Below are positions 24,739 to 36,702 of a stretch of 64,000 nt of DNA, piece by piece (the first letter of the stretch is position 1; each line of letters starts with the position of its first letter). The notes beneath the pieces are model-generated. The model was not told the DNA's origin and searched no databases. It saw nothing but the letters and a program-made list of their open reading frames with translations. Both the position numbers and the translations under genes were made by a program. The stretch covers positions 18,972,001 to 19,036,000 of the forward strand of contig OX597820.1 of assembly GCA_951406725.2 (NCBI GenBank), read 5' to 3'. This stretch comes from Octopus vulgaris (lineage: Eukaryota).

Positions 24739-26224
24739 AGGTAAATGGTAGCATACTGTGGATCACTTTATATATATATATATATATATAACCTGTTGTC
24801 AGGTCACTCTTGAGTGCTATTGGTAACATGTAACCTAGTATGCCCTGTTGCATGGTCAGGTTTGCCAGCAACTAAACCGGCAACCCCACCAAGCTTGCTT
24901 GGTATTGAGGGTAGTTTGGACACCCTAGAGGTTGAAAAACAAAACCTGTCAAAGGGTGGAGGAACTCGTGAAAGTCAGTGGCCATCCAATAGGGTGTACA
25001 TAGAGGAGTTAATCTCAATGACAAAAAATCCCTGAGCCAGAGTCATGGTGAAGTCATAGGGAGCAGCGTGGTGGATGTGGAGTTGGGCATATTGATCTTC
25101 ATTCAGTGAAACTATACATGACACAGCCTGGGTATTAGAGCCTCTTCAGCCAATGGTCAGTCTCAAGTCAGTTTCTGCCTACCAAATCTACTCACAAAGC
25201 TTTGGTTGGCCTGAGGCTATAGTAGAAGACACTTGCCCGAGGTGCCATGCATGCAGTGGGACTGAACCTGGAACCATGTGGTTGAGAAGCAAGCTTTTTA
25301 CCTGTGCCTATGAAATATTCTTTTCTATTCTAGGCATAAGGCCCGAAATTTTTTGGGAGGGTGCCATTTGATTAGATTGGCCCCAGTACACAGCTGGTAC
25401 TTGATTTATCTACCTCGAAAGGATGAAAGGCAAAGTCGACCTTGGTGGAATTTGAACTCAGTGCCTATAAAATATTAACTGCCTGAAGTGGAATGTAATG
25501 CACTTTTATTCACATTGTTTTGAATTAATCATGCATTATCTCCTAACTTCAAAATTATGATGTTGTGATAGTTTTCATTTTGAATGACATTGTAAAGATA
25601 CGAAAGGCTGGATCTAGCGAGTTTGAACATAAAACAGGTTGGATATTTTTGACCGCATATGGGCAGTTTAAATGCTAGAGGGTTAAACAATTTATAAACA
25701 TCCAAATATCATATTGCTCGTGTGTGATATGACAGTAGAAGATAATTTTCTAGAATATTTCTGACATTAACACAGCACCCGACACAAGAAATGGCAGCGC
25801 CGTTTGGTCAAAAAAAAGATTGCAGTCGCAGCAAATATCATGAACTAGCTAGCAGCATTGAAGCATTTTATTTTATTTTGTTATTTTGTTTTTATAAATT
25901 TTTTTATTTAAAAAAAAATTTTTTTTTTTTTTTATTACAGAAAATATCTTGTCTTTTATATTTGCTCATAAATGAAATTCACCTACAGAATATATTATAA
26001 AACCAACAAAAAAAAAAATATTAATAAAAAATAAATAAATAAAAGCAAACAAAATGGAGAGTGGAGAGGTGGCAGGGAAGTGAGAAAGGAAAAAAATATA
26101 GAAAGAAAATTTAAAGAAAACAGATTATCTTCATTGATTTAAGATAAAAAAATAATCTACCTGTCATTTCTTCCTTGCTTTTCGTCTTTCATCATTGTTA
26201 CATATATAAACACATGTACTGATA

Positions 26225-26236
26225 CATATATATGTT

Positions 26237-26275
<39 letters not shown>

Positions 26276-26379
26276 TGTACCTACCTACCTACACACACAC
26301 ACACACACATATGGATATAGATATATACATATATATCTACATAGATTATATATATATATGTATATACATACACACACAC

Positions 26380-26441
<62 letters not shown>

Positions 26442-26517
26442 TATATGTGTATATATATATACATTATATATATGTGTATATATATATACATTATATGTGT
26501 ATATATATTATATGTAT

Positions 26518-26552
<35 letters not shown>

Positions 26553-26826
26553 ATATATATATATATCTACATTATAGATATATATATATACATGTATATA
26601 TATATATATATATGTACACACACATACATATATAAATACACACACACACATATATATTTACATACATGCATATACATTTATGTATTTTGTATTTACAAAT
26701 AGTACATGCATACACATACATATTTGTATTATATATGTATATTTATATTTCATACATATGTATATGTGTGTGTATATATATATATATGTGTGTGTGTGTG
26801 TATATATATATATACATATGTGTGTG

Positions 26827-26915
<89 letters not shown>

Positions 26916-27048
26916 ATATATATATATGTGTGTGTGTATATATATATATGTGTGTGTGTATATATATATATGTGTGTGTGTGTGTATATATATATATGTA
27001 TGTATGTATGTATATATGTATGTGTATATATGTATATATGTATGTATG

Positions 27049-27109
<61 letters not shown>

Positions 27110-27152
27110 GTATGTATATATATGTATATATGTATGTATATATATATACATA

Positions 27153-27197
<45 letters not shown>
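26225..27197. repeat. Kilobase compound (TA)/(TG)/(TATG) microsatellite
   Basis: Directly visible. Confidence 0.97.
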
Positions 27198-27199
<2 letters not shown>

Positions 27200-27664
27200 C
27201 CATTTCTCCTCTTCTTTTTGTGCCTGCATTGTTATATATTAGGTAGTAAATGTCTACTTCACTTTGCCTATCCTTGATATCATTATATATAGTAGAATAT
27301 TGTTTAGCAGAACTGATTATGTTGAGAAAGTTAAAAGTTGCTTTAAGTAAAATAGCTTACGTGCTTTTTGTTTTGTCTTTTTCTCTGAAAAAAAAATCTT
27401 GCAAAATAAATTTTAAAAAAGCACTATGGATAAATGGAAGCGTAGTATAATACTGTTCTTGTAGTAAGTATTTTTCGATTATGTAACTTATACAGGATTG
27501 TACGATTGAATGTGAATGAGATCAGTGCTAAAATTTAATGTGCCTCATCGTTTAAATACTTTGTGCAAATTATGCGTGTTTCTTAAAGGTTAAAAAATGG
27601 AAATTTCAAATATGGTAGTAGGAATGGCATTCAGCTGTAAGAAAACATACTTTAACAAATCTAT

Positions 27665-28540
27665 CTTATGCTGATGTCATGTGAAAAACCGCCAGTCCAC
27701 TTTGTAAAGTGGTTAGTGTCAGGAAGGCCATTCTGTTATAAAAACCATGCTGAAACACAGACCTTGCGGGTGCTGATGCCATGTGAAAAGTACCCAGTGT
27801 ACTCTGTCAAATGATTGACATTTAAGGCGGCGAGCTGGCAGAAACGTTAGCACACCGGGCGAAATGCGTAGCTGTATTTCGTCAGCCGTTATGTTCTGAG
27901 TTCAAATTCCGCCGAGGTCGACTTTGCCTTTCATCCTTTCGGGGTTGATTAAATAAGTACCAGCTACGCACTGGGGTCGATATAATCGACTTAATCCGCT
28001 TGTCTGTCCTTGTTCGTCCCCTCTGTGTTTAGCCCCTTGTGGGTAGTAAAGAAATAGGTATTAGGAAGGACATCTAGCCGTGAAAACCATGCTATAACAG
28101 ACCTCACCAGTGCTGGTGCCATGTAAAAATCACTTTATTCACTCTCTAGAGTGGTTGGCATTAGGAAGGGCATCTAGCCATGAAAAGCATGCCATAACAG
28201 ACCTAGCTGGTGTTGGTACCATGTAAAAAGTACCCAATCCATTTTGTAAAATGACTGATGTTTGGAGGGACATCTAGCTGTGAAGACCATGCGATAACAG
28301 ACCTCACCAGTGCTGGTGCCATGTAAAAATCACTTTATTCACTCTCTAGAGTGGTTGGCATTAGGAAGGGCATCTAGCCATGAAAAGCATGCCATAACAG
28401 ACCTAGCTGGTGTTGGTACCATGTAAAAAGTACCCAATCCATTTTGTAAAATGACTGATGTTTGGAAGGACATCTAGCCGTGAAGACCATGTGATAACAC
28501 CTCTGGTGCCATATAAAAATACTTTATTCACTCTGTAAAG
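27665..28540 (+). repeat. Tandem array of 100-bp units derived from family C, with nested SINE B (27824-28057)
   Basis: ACAGACCT..TGCTGGTGCCATGTAAAAA..AGGAAGGGCATCTAGCC units at 28101, 28201, 28301 and 28401. Alternate units are near-identical (200-bp period). Confidence 0.85.
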
Positions 28541-28647
28541 ATTTTACCATTCCCCCCACCATGCCTGCCTCTACTGGAGGTTTTCTTTCGACTTGGATCA
28601 CTTGCACATCTTTATTCAACTGACTTCTTCCATCTCTGACATGTGTG

Positions 28648-28690
<43 letters not shown>

Positions 28691-28698
<8 letters not shown>

Positions 28699-29357
28699 AT
28701 TAGGGCTTAGTAAAATAAATTACTTTGCCACATACTGAACTTGCTAGAAATAGCAGCCAAAAAAGTTTTTTTGCCATTTCCACTACTTAAAGAAAATTTC
28801 TCTCAGATAATGTTTACTCAAAATAACTCACGAAGGTATGGAGGTAAAAACAGAAAAATATCACAAGTACAAAGATTATTTGAGAACGTTAACGTTTCTA
28901 GATTAGCCAAATAAACTCAGCATTTCTTTCGTCAGCTCAACATTTCTTATTTTGGATTTGGAAGCACTAAAAAGAAAGAACATACCCTTTGGCGACTTAT
29001 CACCTCAGATGACCCGTTCAGACTGCCAGTACCAACAAATTCAAAATGTGCAAGCGAAGATTCCCTGCTCTCCCCTTCCACCCACGTGGGTTATCTAGCA
29101 AACATTATATTTTAACGGTGAGAACCGAGGCAATATGACAGAGAGAAATGAATTATAATATCAACAATTGAGGGTAAAATTAATTAGTTATTAATCAATT
29201 TCACCAAGTATTCAGTATGTAAAAGGACCATTTAAGGCGAATTCAAAATATTACATTATATAATTAGGGCTTAGTAAAATAAATTACTTTGCCACATACT
29301 GAACTTGCTAGAAATAGCAGCCAAAAAAGTTTTTTTGCCATTTCCACTACTTAAAGA
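28691..29357 (-). mobile_element. Retrozyme/pLTR-like element with ~103-bp identical direct repeats and a hammerhead-like motif
   Basis: 28691-28793 equals 29255-29357 (564-bp period). No ORF; abuts (TA)n. Confidence 0.6.
28880..28940 (-). ncRNA. Type I hammerhead ribozyme-like motif
   Basis: Minus strand: TTGAG CTGACGA A AGAAATGCTGAGTTTATTTGGCTAATCTA GAA ACG TTAA CGT T CTCAA. 5-bp stem I and 3-bp stem III; the base of stem II is mismatched. Confidence 0.55.
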
Positions 29358-29436
29358 TGATTAGTACCTGTGTTTCAAAGAGTCAGCCTTACCTCATGTT
29401 CTGTCTCATGCTGAATCTCCCTGAGGACTACATTAA

Positions 29437-29871
29437 CCCTTTCATTACTGTATTTCTGTTGAGATGCTCTGTGTTCCTTTGAATTACTTTAAATATAACA
29501 AAGAATTTAGTAAAACAACTTAGTTATCATTCAGCTAGTGACTATGGTTTAGTGGAAGATTTTAATTCAAAACTTATGAAAACAAGACATTTGTACTACA
29601 GAGCCAGAGCTGGTTCCAGCTGGGTTGGTAATGAAAGGGTTAAGAATTGTTTCTCAATTATATATTTTAACCCTTTTGTTACCACTGTTGTGATGCTCTG
29701 TGTTTCTTTCAATTAATTTTAAATATAACAAACAATTTAGTAAAATAACTTAGTTATCATTCAGCCAGTGTTAGGAACATAAATTGTGACTAAGGTTTGG
29801 TAGAAGATTTTAAACAAGACATTTGTACTACAGAGCCAGAGCCGGTTTCAGCTGGGTTGGTATCGAAATGG
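29437..29871. mobile_element. Two adjacent TTAA-flanked MITEs, family 2 (29437-29639 and 29671-29871)
   Basis: TTAA|CCCTTTCATTAC ... GTAATGAAAGGG|TTAA. The TIR plus TTAA TSD is piggyBac-like. Confidence 0.8.
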
Positions 29872-30679
29872 TTAAGCGTACGCGTGTTTGTGCAGTGCTC
29901 AAGCACTTGCACATTGATTTCCTGAGCAGGCTGTTCCGTTGACCGGAGCAACCGGAACCCTCGTTGTCATAATCAAAAGCGTGCCAGATATATAATTGCA
30001 TGTATATTTGTGTATGTCTGTATATCTGTCTGTATGTATGTGTGTCTCTATGTATATATGTATGTCCTGTCCAACCCACATGCTTTACCGGCTCATGCAA
30101 GCATGGAAAGCTGATGCATAATGGCGATGATGCACATATATATTTAAATAAAAAATGTGTGGGTATATATCGTGCATACAGCGTTATACACACCCACATG
30201 CATGTGCACAATTTAGCTGAGTGTGGTGGATAGATATTTCCTGATAAAAGGTGATAATAACTGTCAAGAACAAAGTGTGGTGTTCTTTGAAAGTATGCTA
30301 ATGCATCTTGTGTAGCAGAATGAAGTGATTGGCATGGTATGTTAAGAATCTTATATTATCAAGTATCCTAATTAAAATAGTGTTTATATATGTGTGTGTG
30401 TGTGTGTATGGGGATGTATATACATGTGTTTGTGTATGGAGATGTATATATATGTGCGTGTGTGTGTGTGTGTGTGTGTCTGTATGCATATATATGTAAA
30501 TGTGTGTGTATATTTATATACGTGTATGTGTGTATATATGTATGCAAGTGTGTATATGTATATATATATGGATATATATGTGTGTGTGTGTGTAAATATA
30601 TATCTATGTGTGCGTATATTTATATACAGATGTATGTGAATGCATGCGTATGAATGCATGTATGTATGCATGTTTGTCT

Positions 30680-30719
<40 letters not shown>

Positions 30720-31472
30720 GCGTGTATGTATGTATATGTGCGTGTGTGTGTGTGTGTGAATATATGAATGTATATATATGTATATGACTATATATGTATG
30801 TATGTATATATATATGTATATATATCTATAAATATATATGTGTGTGTGTATTTATGATGTATGTATGTATGTGCGTGTGTGTGTGTGTGCATGCTTGTAT
30901 ATATGAAATCTGTGTATGTGAAAAGTGGCAATATAGTGTTGGCAGCAGCGGTGGTAGGGTGGGGTGGGTGTACCACGTTTTCTTCTGTGAATTGAAATAA
31001 TGAAATAAGACGCTTTTTACATTTTGCTATTAATCATTTCGCAGAAATGGATGTTTTCACAAAAGTTACTCATGTTAGCAACAGCGATTTTATTATTGCC
31101 TCCCTAGTTTATATTATAATATTTTGAATTTTTATTTTGTTTTCAACACAAGAGTTGAAATAAAATTGGTCTTTTTTTGTTTTTCCAGTTTTCTCATTTT
31201 TTTTTCTTTTTGGGTATTTTAATTTTTGCTGTATCTGAATTCTTAGTATTTCATTCTATTTTTTTCAATTAGTCTTCAGGTTATTTTTTTTTATATACTG
31301 AATTTTTGTTTTCTAGGCTTTTATTTTTTCCTTTAGTTTGTACGCTTCTCTTAATCTGTTTCATAAAATATCTCTATTTTCTGAATCAGTTTCTTAGTTT
31401 TGAAGTCTTATTTTAGCACACACGGTGATACGTATGTGCACATGTTACTCGCATGCATATATGCATGTTAGT

Positions 31473-31848
31473 AAGCTGGCAGAAATGTTAGCACGCCGGG
31501 CGAAATGCTTAGCGGTATCGAGGTCGACTTTGCCTTTCATCCTTTTGGGGTCGATAAATTAAGTACCAGTTACGCACTGGGGGTCGATGTAATCGACTTA
31601 ATACCTATGTCTGTCCTTGTTTGTCCCCTTTGTGTTTAGCCCCTTGTGGGTAATAAAGAAATAGGTATTTTGTCTGCCATTACGTTCTGAGTTCTAATTC
31701 CGCCGAGGTCGACTTTGCCTTTCATCCTTTCGGGGTCGATAAATTAAGTGCCAGTTACACACTGTGGTTGATATAATCGACTTAATCCCTTTGTCTGTCC
31801 TTCTTTGTTCCCTCTATGTTTAGCCCCTTGTGGGCAATAAAGAAATAA
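31473..31848 (+). mobile_element. SINE family B dimer
   Basis: Two tandem B bodies, each ending GTGGG(T/C)AATAAAGAAATA. Confidence 0.85.
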
Positions 31849-32708
31849 TATATGCATGTCAGTATTTAGTCATCTTCTAAAATGTTTTTGTTATTAAAAT
31901 TCCGAGGGAGACTATGTGTGACTGACAGTTAATTGATCATAATTTTTGACCAGGCTGCTTGTTATTCACTGGCAGTGAAGGCAGGATTGTGCATGGACTT
32001 TGGTCAGATCATATATCATCATCATCATCATTGTAATGTCTACCTTTCCATGCTTGCATGGGTTCTACAGAGTTTTATTGAGGCAGATTTTTGATGACCA
32101 ACGACTGGATGCCCTTCCTGTCACTAACTCTCACCTGTTTTCAAGCAAGTTAATATTTACCTGTGGCCAGACATATTTTTGCAGGATCTTGGAAATGAAA
32201 TTCATTTACAATTATGTGATGTTAAGAGGAAACACAGACATACAGTTACATATTCTCAGACACACATACATTCATACATACATGTTGGCTGTAGAAACTC
32301 TGCCAGATGAAGATTGGAGCCTGGTGCAGCCATCTGGTTCGCCAGCTCTCAGTCAAAATCGTCCAACCCATGCTAGCATGGAAAGCGGATGTTAAACGAT
32401 GATGATGACATACACACACACATACACACAAATACATACACACACACATGCACACACATATACATGATGAACTTATTGCAGTTTACTCACAGTGCTTTGG
32501 TTACCCAGGGCTATCGTAGAAGACATTTGTCTAAGATGCCACACAGTTCAACTGAACCTGAAACTGGAAGCTTGTATCTACAAAGTTAAGGGGATATGGA
32601 CACACCAAAACTGGTTGCCAGGTGGTGATAGGGGACACACAGACTAGGTTTCCATAGTATCTGGCAACCAAATTCAGTGCTTGGTTCTTACTGTATTTTA
32701 TAAACAAA

Positions 32709-33240
32709 CTAGCAAATGCACCCGTCCTTTGGACAGTTTAACATATAAATAAATAATAAATCAAAAAATTGTGAAAACAGCTAAAAAATATTCTGTAATG
32801 CAAATATACAACCATATAGATTAAAAAAGTATGGAAATAAATTGACAAAATTCTTTCACTTTTGTAATATTCTCTAACCAATACACATATAAAAAAATAC
32901 AGAAAGTAATAATACACAATTACAACATATAAATAAATAATCAATCAAAAAATTGTGAAAACCACAAAAAATATTCTCTAATGCCAGTATATGACAGTAT
33001 AGATTAAAAAAGTATGGAAGACTGTACATACAAAAAATCTCTATATAAACAGCGAATTTGAGAAAAACCCATGTAAACCACTGTTTTTCCCGGTTTGTCC
33101 ATTTACACAGGAGCTCTGAGCAAAATGTTATAGTGCATGGCCATCCTTGGCACATACACAATGTGTGTGTAAAGCTTGGTGAAAATCAGTTGAGAATTGT
33201 GGAAATGTATGCATTAGTCAATATACACACACATACTCTT
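32709..33240 (-). mobile_element. Helitron-like non-autonomous element with internal duplication
   Basis: A|CTAG end with hairpin CCGTCCTTTGGACAG; AAAGCTTGGTGAAAATCAGTTGAG motif like 19775-19795; 32740-32835 is repeated at 32922-33018. Far end uncertain. Confidence 0.55.
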
Positions 33241-33331
33241 CTATGAGTTCCATCCATTTTGAGTTATCAGCACTTGCTTATTTACTGATATTGCTTTGCA
33301 GTTCTGTATTTAAAAGATGGAGGAATTATGT

Positions 33332-33602
33332 ACATTATTTACATTTGACAGATATTTGTCCTCATCTTGTTTGTTGTTAACACAATATTTCGGTTGATAT
33401 ACCCTCCGGCCTTCATCAGGTGTCTTGGGGAAATTTCGAACCCTGGTTCAAATAATAATGATAACATCGAAAAATACCTTAGGATGAGAACCCAGGTTCG
33501 AAATTTCCCCAAAACACCTGATGAAGGCTGGAGGGTATATCAGTCGAAATGTGTTAACAACAAACAAGATGAGGAAAATTATCCATCAAACGTAAATAAT
33601 GT
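33332..33602. mobile_element. Inverted pair of pLTR-like arms, each with a hammerhead-like core
   Basis: 33332-33449 is the reverse complement of 33487-33602. CTGATGA..GAAA on plus at 33518-33549 and on minus at 33379-33424. Confidence 0.7.
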
Positions 33603-34220
33603 GATAATGATATTGCTTTGCTAGGCATAACAACTAATTAAAAGAGGTGCTTATTATCATCATCATCATTATCATCATCATCATAAGAATCATCATCATC
33701 ATCGTTTAACGTCCGCTTTCCATGCTGGCATGGGTTGGACGGTTTGACTGAGGTCTGGAGTGCCAGTGGCTGCACCAGGCTCCAAGCTGATCTGGCTCTG
33801 TTTCTACAGCTGGATGCCCTTCCTAGTGCCAGCCACTCTGAGAGTGTAGTGGGTGCTTTCTTTTTACGTGCTACTGGCACAGGAGCCAGTCAGGTGGGCC
33901 AGGCATCGATCACATTTGGATATATATTTATGTGTGCGTGTCATTGTATATGTGTTTGTCCCCCATCACCTCTTGACAGCCGGTGGTGGTCTATTTATAT
34001 CCCTGTAACTTAGCAGTTCAGGAAATGAAACCGACAGAATAACCACAAGGTTTAAAATGAAAATAACTACAGTTCAACTAAACCCTTCAAAGCAGTGCCT
34101 GTATTAGGCTTAAAAAGTAAATACGGGGATTTGTTTGTTCTACTAAACCCTTTGGGGCAGTGCCCCAGTATAATCGCATTCGAATGACTGAAACAAGTCA
34201 AAAAAGAAAATAAAAGAAGC

Positions 34221-34640
34221 AGGCGCAGGAGTGGCTGTGTGTTAAGTAGCTTGCTAACCAACCACATGGTTCTGGGTTCAGTCCCACTGCGTGGCATCTT
34301 GGGCAAGTGTCTTCTGCTATAGCCTCGGGCCGATCAATGCCTTGTGAGTGGATTTGGTAGACGGAAACTGAAAGAAGCCCGTCGTATATATGTATATATA
34401 TGTATATATGTATGTGTGTGTATATGTTTGTGTGTCTGTGTTTGTCCCTCTAGCATTGCTTGACAACCAATGCTGGTGTGTTTACGTCCCCGTCACTTAG
34501 TGGTTCGGCAAAAGAGACCGATAGAATAAGTACTGGGCTTACAAAGAATAAGTCCCGGGGTCGATTTGCTCGACTAAAGGTGGTGCTCCAGCATGGCCGC
34601 AGTCAAATGACTGAAACAAGTAAAAGAGAGTAAAAGAGTA
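34221..34640 (+). mobile_element. SINE family A, full length
   Basis: Complete head, CORE-like box, microsatellite and tail. Confidence 0.88.
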
Positions 34641-35942
34641 TAAACAAAAAATGTTTAGATGAAGTACTTATTATCCCTTTGGATATCACCCCCCCCCCCC
34701 CAAAGTTAAGACCATTATTAGTTTCACTTTCTGAGGGGATCATGTATTAGTTTTGTTAATTGAGTGATGTAGTTGTCTAATAATTCTTAAAATCGCTTAA
34801 AAGAGATAGCTACAGTTATTCCCCCCCCCCCCCACCAGCCTGTAATCTGACTATTTATTCTCATTCTGTAGAAACCCTGGTTAGTTCTAGGAAAGCTATC
34901 GCGTTGTAAATAACTCTTCAAATTACATTAGAAAAAAAAAAAAAATACAAGAACAACACTTATATATTATTAAATCTGAATTACATGGCAACATTGTGTT
35001 AATTTTTGATAAGAGGTGTGAAATGTAGACGAATGGAAAACCAACGAACTTGTGCCAAGATAGGTGCTTTAAACGAATGATTGATGGAGATATGAAGTAA
35101 CAGGTGATATCATCATCATCATCGTCATTATGTAGAATGTAACATCCATTTTCCATGCTGGCATGGGTTGGATGGTTTGAAAGGATCTAGCAACCTGCAA
35201 GGCTGTGTTGAGCTCCAGGATCAGCTTTGGCAAGGTTATTACAGGTGGATGCCCTTCCTAATAAATGCCAACCACTTTTCAGTGTGTACCAAATGCTTTT
35301 TTTTTGTTTGTTTTTCATACCATCAACACTAGTGAGGTTGCCAAATAACTTATGAGGCAAGAAAAGGAAAAAAGAAAAAATCCCCTTTACAAAGTGGGGA
35401 AGGGTTTTTGAGAGTAGGGAGGTGACTTTATGCCAGGTGTCAAGAGGTTAATGTATGATAGAGGGACAAGAACAGGACTCTTCCTACAGAGAAGATACAT
35501 GGCTATCCCACCTTATATAAGGGTGGGTGAGAGTAGCTGGGAAGAAGATAAGGTGGTAGTCATGGGTGCCAGAGCAAACCCTCAAGGTACAGGAAAGTGA
35601 GCATAAAAGACATTTTTGTTTCACCAACCATTCTAAAGGAACTGTTAAAATGTAGGGTGGACTTCAGAAATTATTGTTTGTAATCTGCTCAGCAACTCTG
35701 ATGTTCTGAAAATAATTATTGAGAAAATTTTGCAATGGGTCTTGTGTGTAAGAAGAGCAAGAAGAGCCCCTCGTACTTATATTGCACTGTGCCTTGGACT
35801 TTCATCCTTTCTGGGTCAATAAAATAAGTACCAGTTGAACACTGGGGCTCGTTGTAATCAAATAGTTATATCCATGAGAAAATTTCAGGCTTTGTTTTTT
35901 TAGGAGAAAGGATTATTAAAAGGAACTAAAAAAAATTAGATT

Positions 35943-36229
35943 TACTTTTACTTGTTTCAGTCATTAGACTGCGGCCATGCTGAGGCATCGCTTTGAAGAA
36001 CCTTTTTAGTTGAATGTATCGACCCCAGGACTTACTTTTTTAAAGCCTTGTACTTATTCTATCAGCTAAGTTACAGTGGCGTAAACACACCAGCACTAGT
36101 TGTCAAGTGGTGGTGGGACAAACACAGAAACAAAGACACACACACATTGATATATATATCTATCCACATTTAGTTTTGTCTATATGTGTGTGTGTGTGTG
36201 TGTGTGTGTATATTATATATATATATATG

Positions 36230-36263
<34 letters not shown>

Positions 36264-36702
36264 CTATTTATAGTGTTAAACACTTTCGGTATGCAAATTA
36301 GGGACTCCTTCATAGAGTAACTACTGCATTTGTTGAGTACATAAACAGTTTGGCTGCTTGTTTCTCTGGGGACTGTCAGAATGATGTAGACGCCTCTGAT
36401 GAGAACCCAACAAGGTTCTAAAATCAATTAAGGATGTTCATTTTTTTTTAGTCTGCTGAGAAATGGCTAAAATTTGCCCTGTTTATAATTATACCATATG
36501 TTATATATCAATATACACACAAACACAATATATATACATATATATGACGGGCTTCTTTCAGTTTCTGTCTACCAAATCCACCCACAAGGCTTTGGTCAGC
36601 CCGAGGCTATAGCAGAAGACACTTGCCTAAGGTACCACACAATGGGACTGAACACGGAACCATGTGGTTGGTAAGCAAGCTTCTTACCACCCAGCCATGC
36701 CT
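35943..36702 (-). mobile_element. SINE family A split by an insertion (about 36262-36500) in its microsatellite
   Basis: Tail at 35943-36145 and head at 36545-36702, with foreign sequence between TA tracts. Confidence 0.75.
36393..36433 (+). ncRNA. Hammerhead-like motif (G12-to-T degenerate)
   Basis: CCT CTGATGA GAACC CAACAA GGTTC TAAA ATCAAT TA AGG. Stems I and II are intact and stem III is short. Confidence 0.5.

Noticed and set aside
28742-28755. GCTAGAAATAGCA is identical to part of the Cas9 sgRNA scaffold
   Set aside because: Only 13 nt of a generic GAAA-tetraloop hairpin; no flanking scaffold, no cas genes, eukaryotic repeat context.
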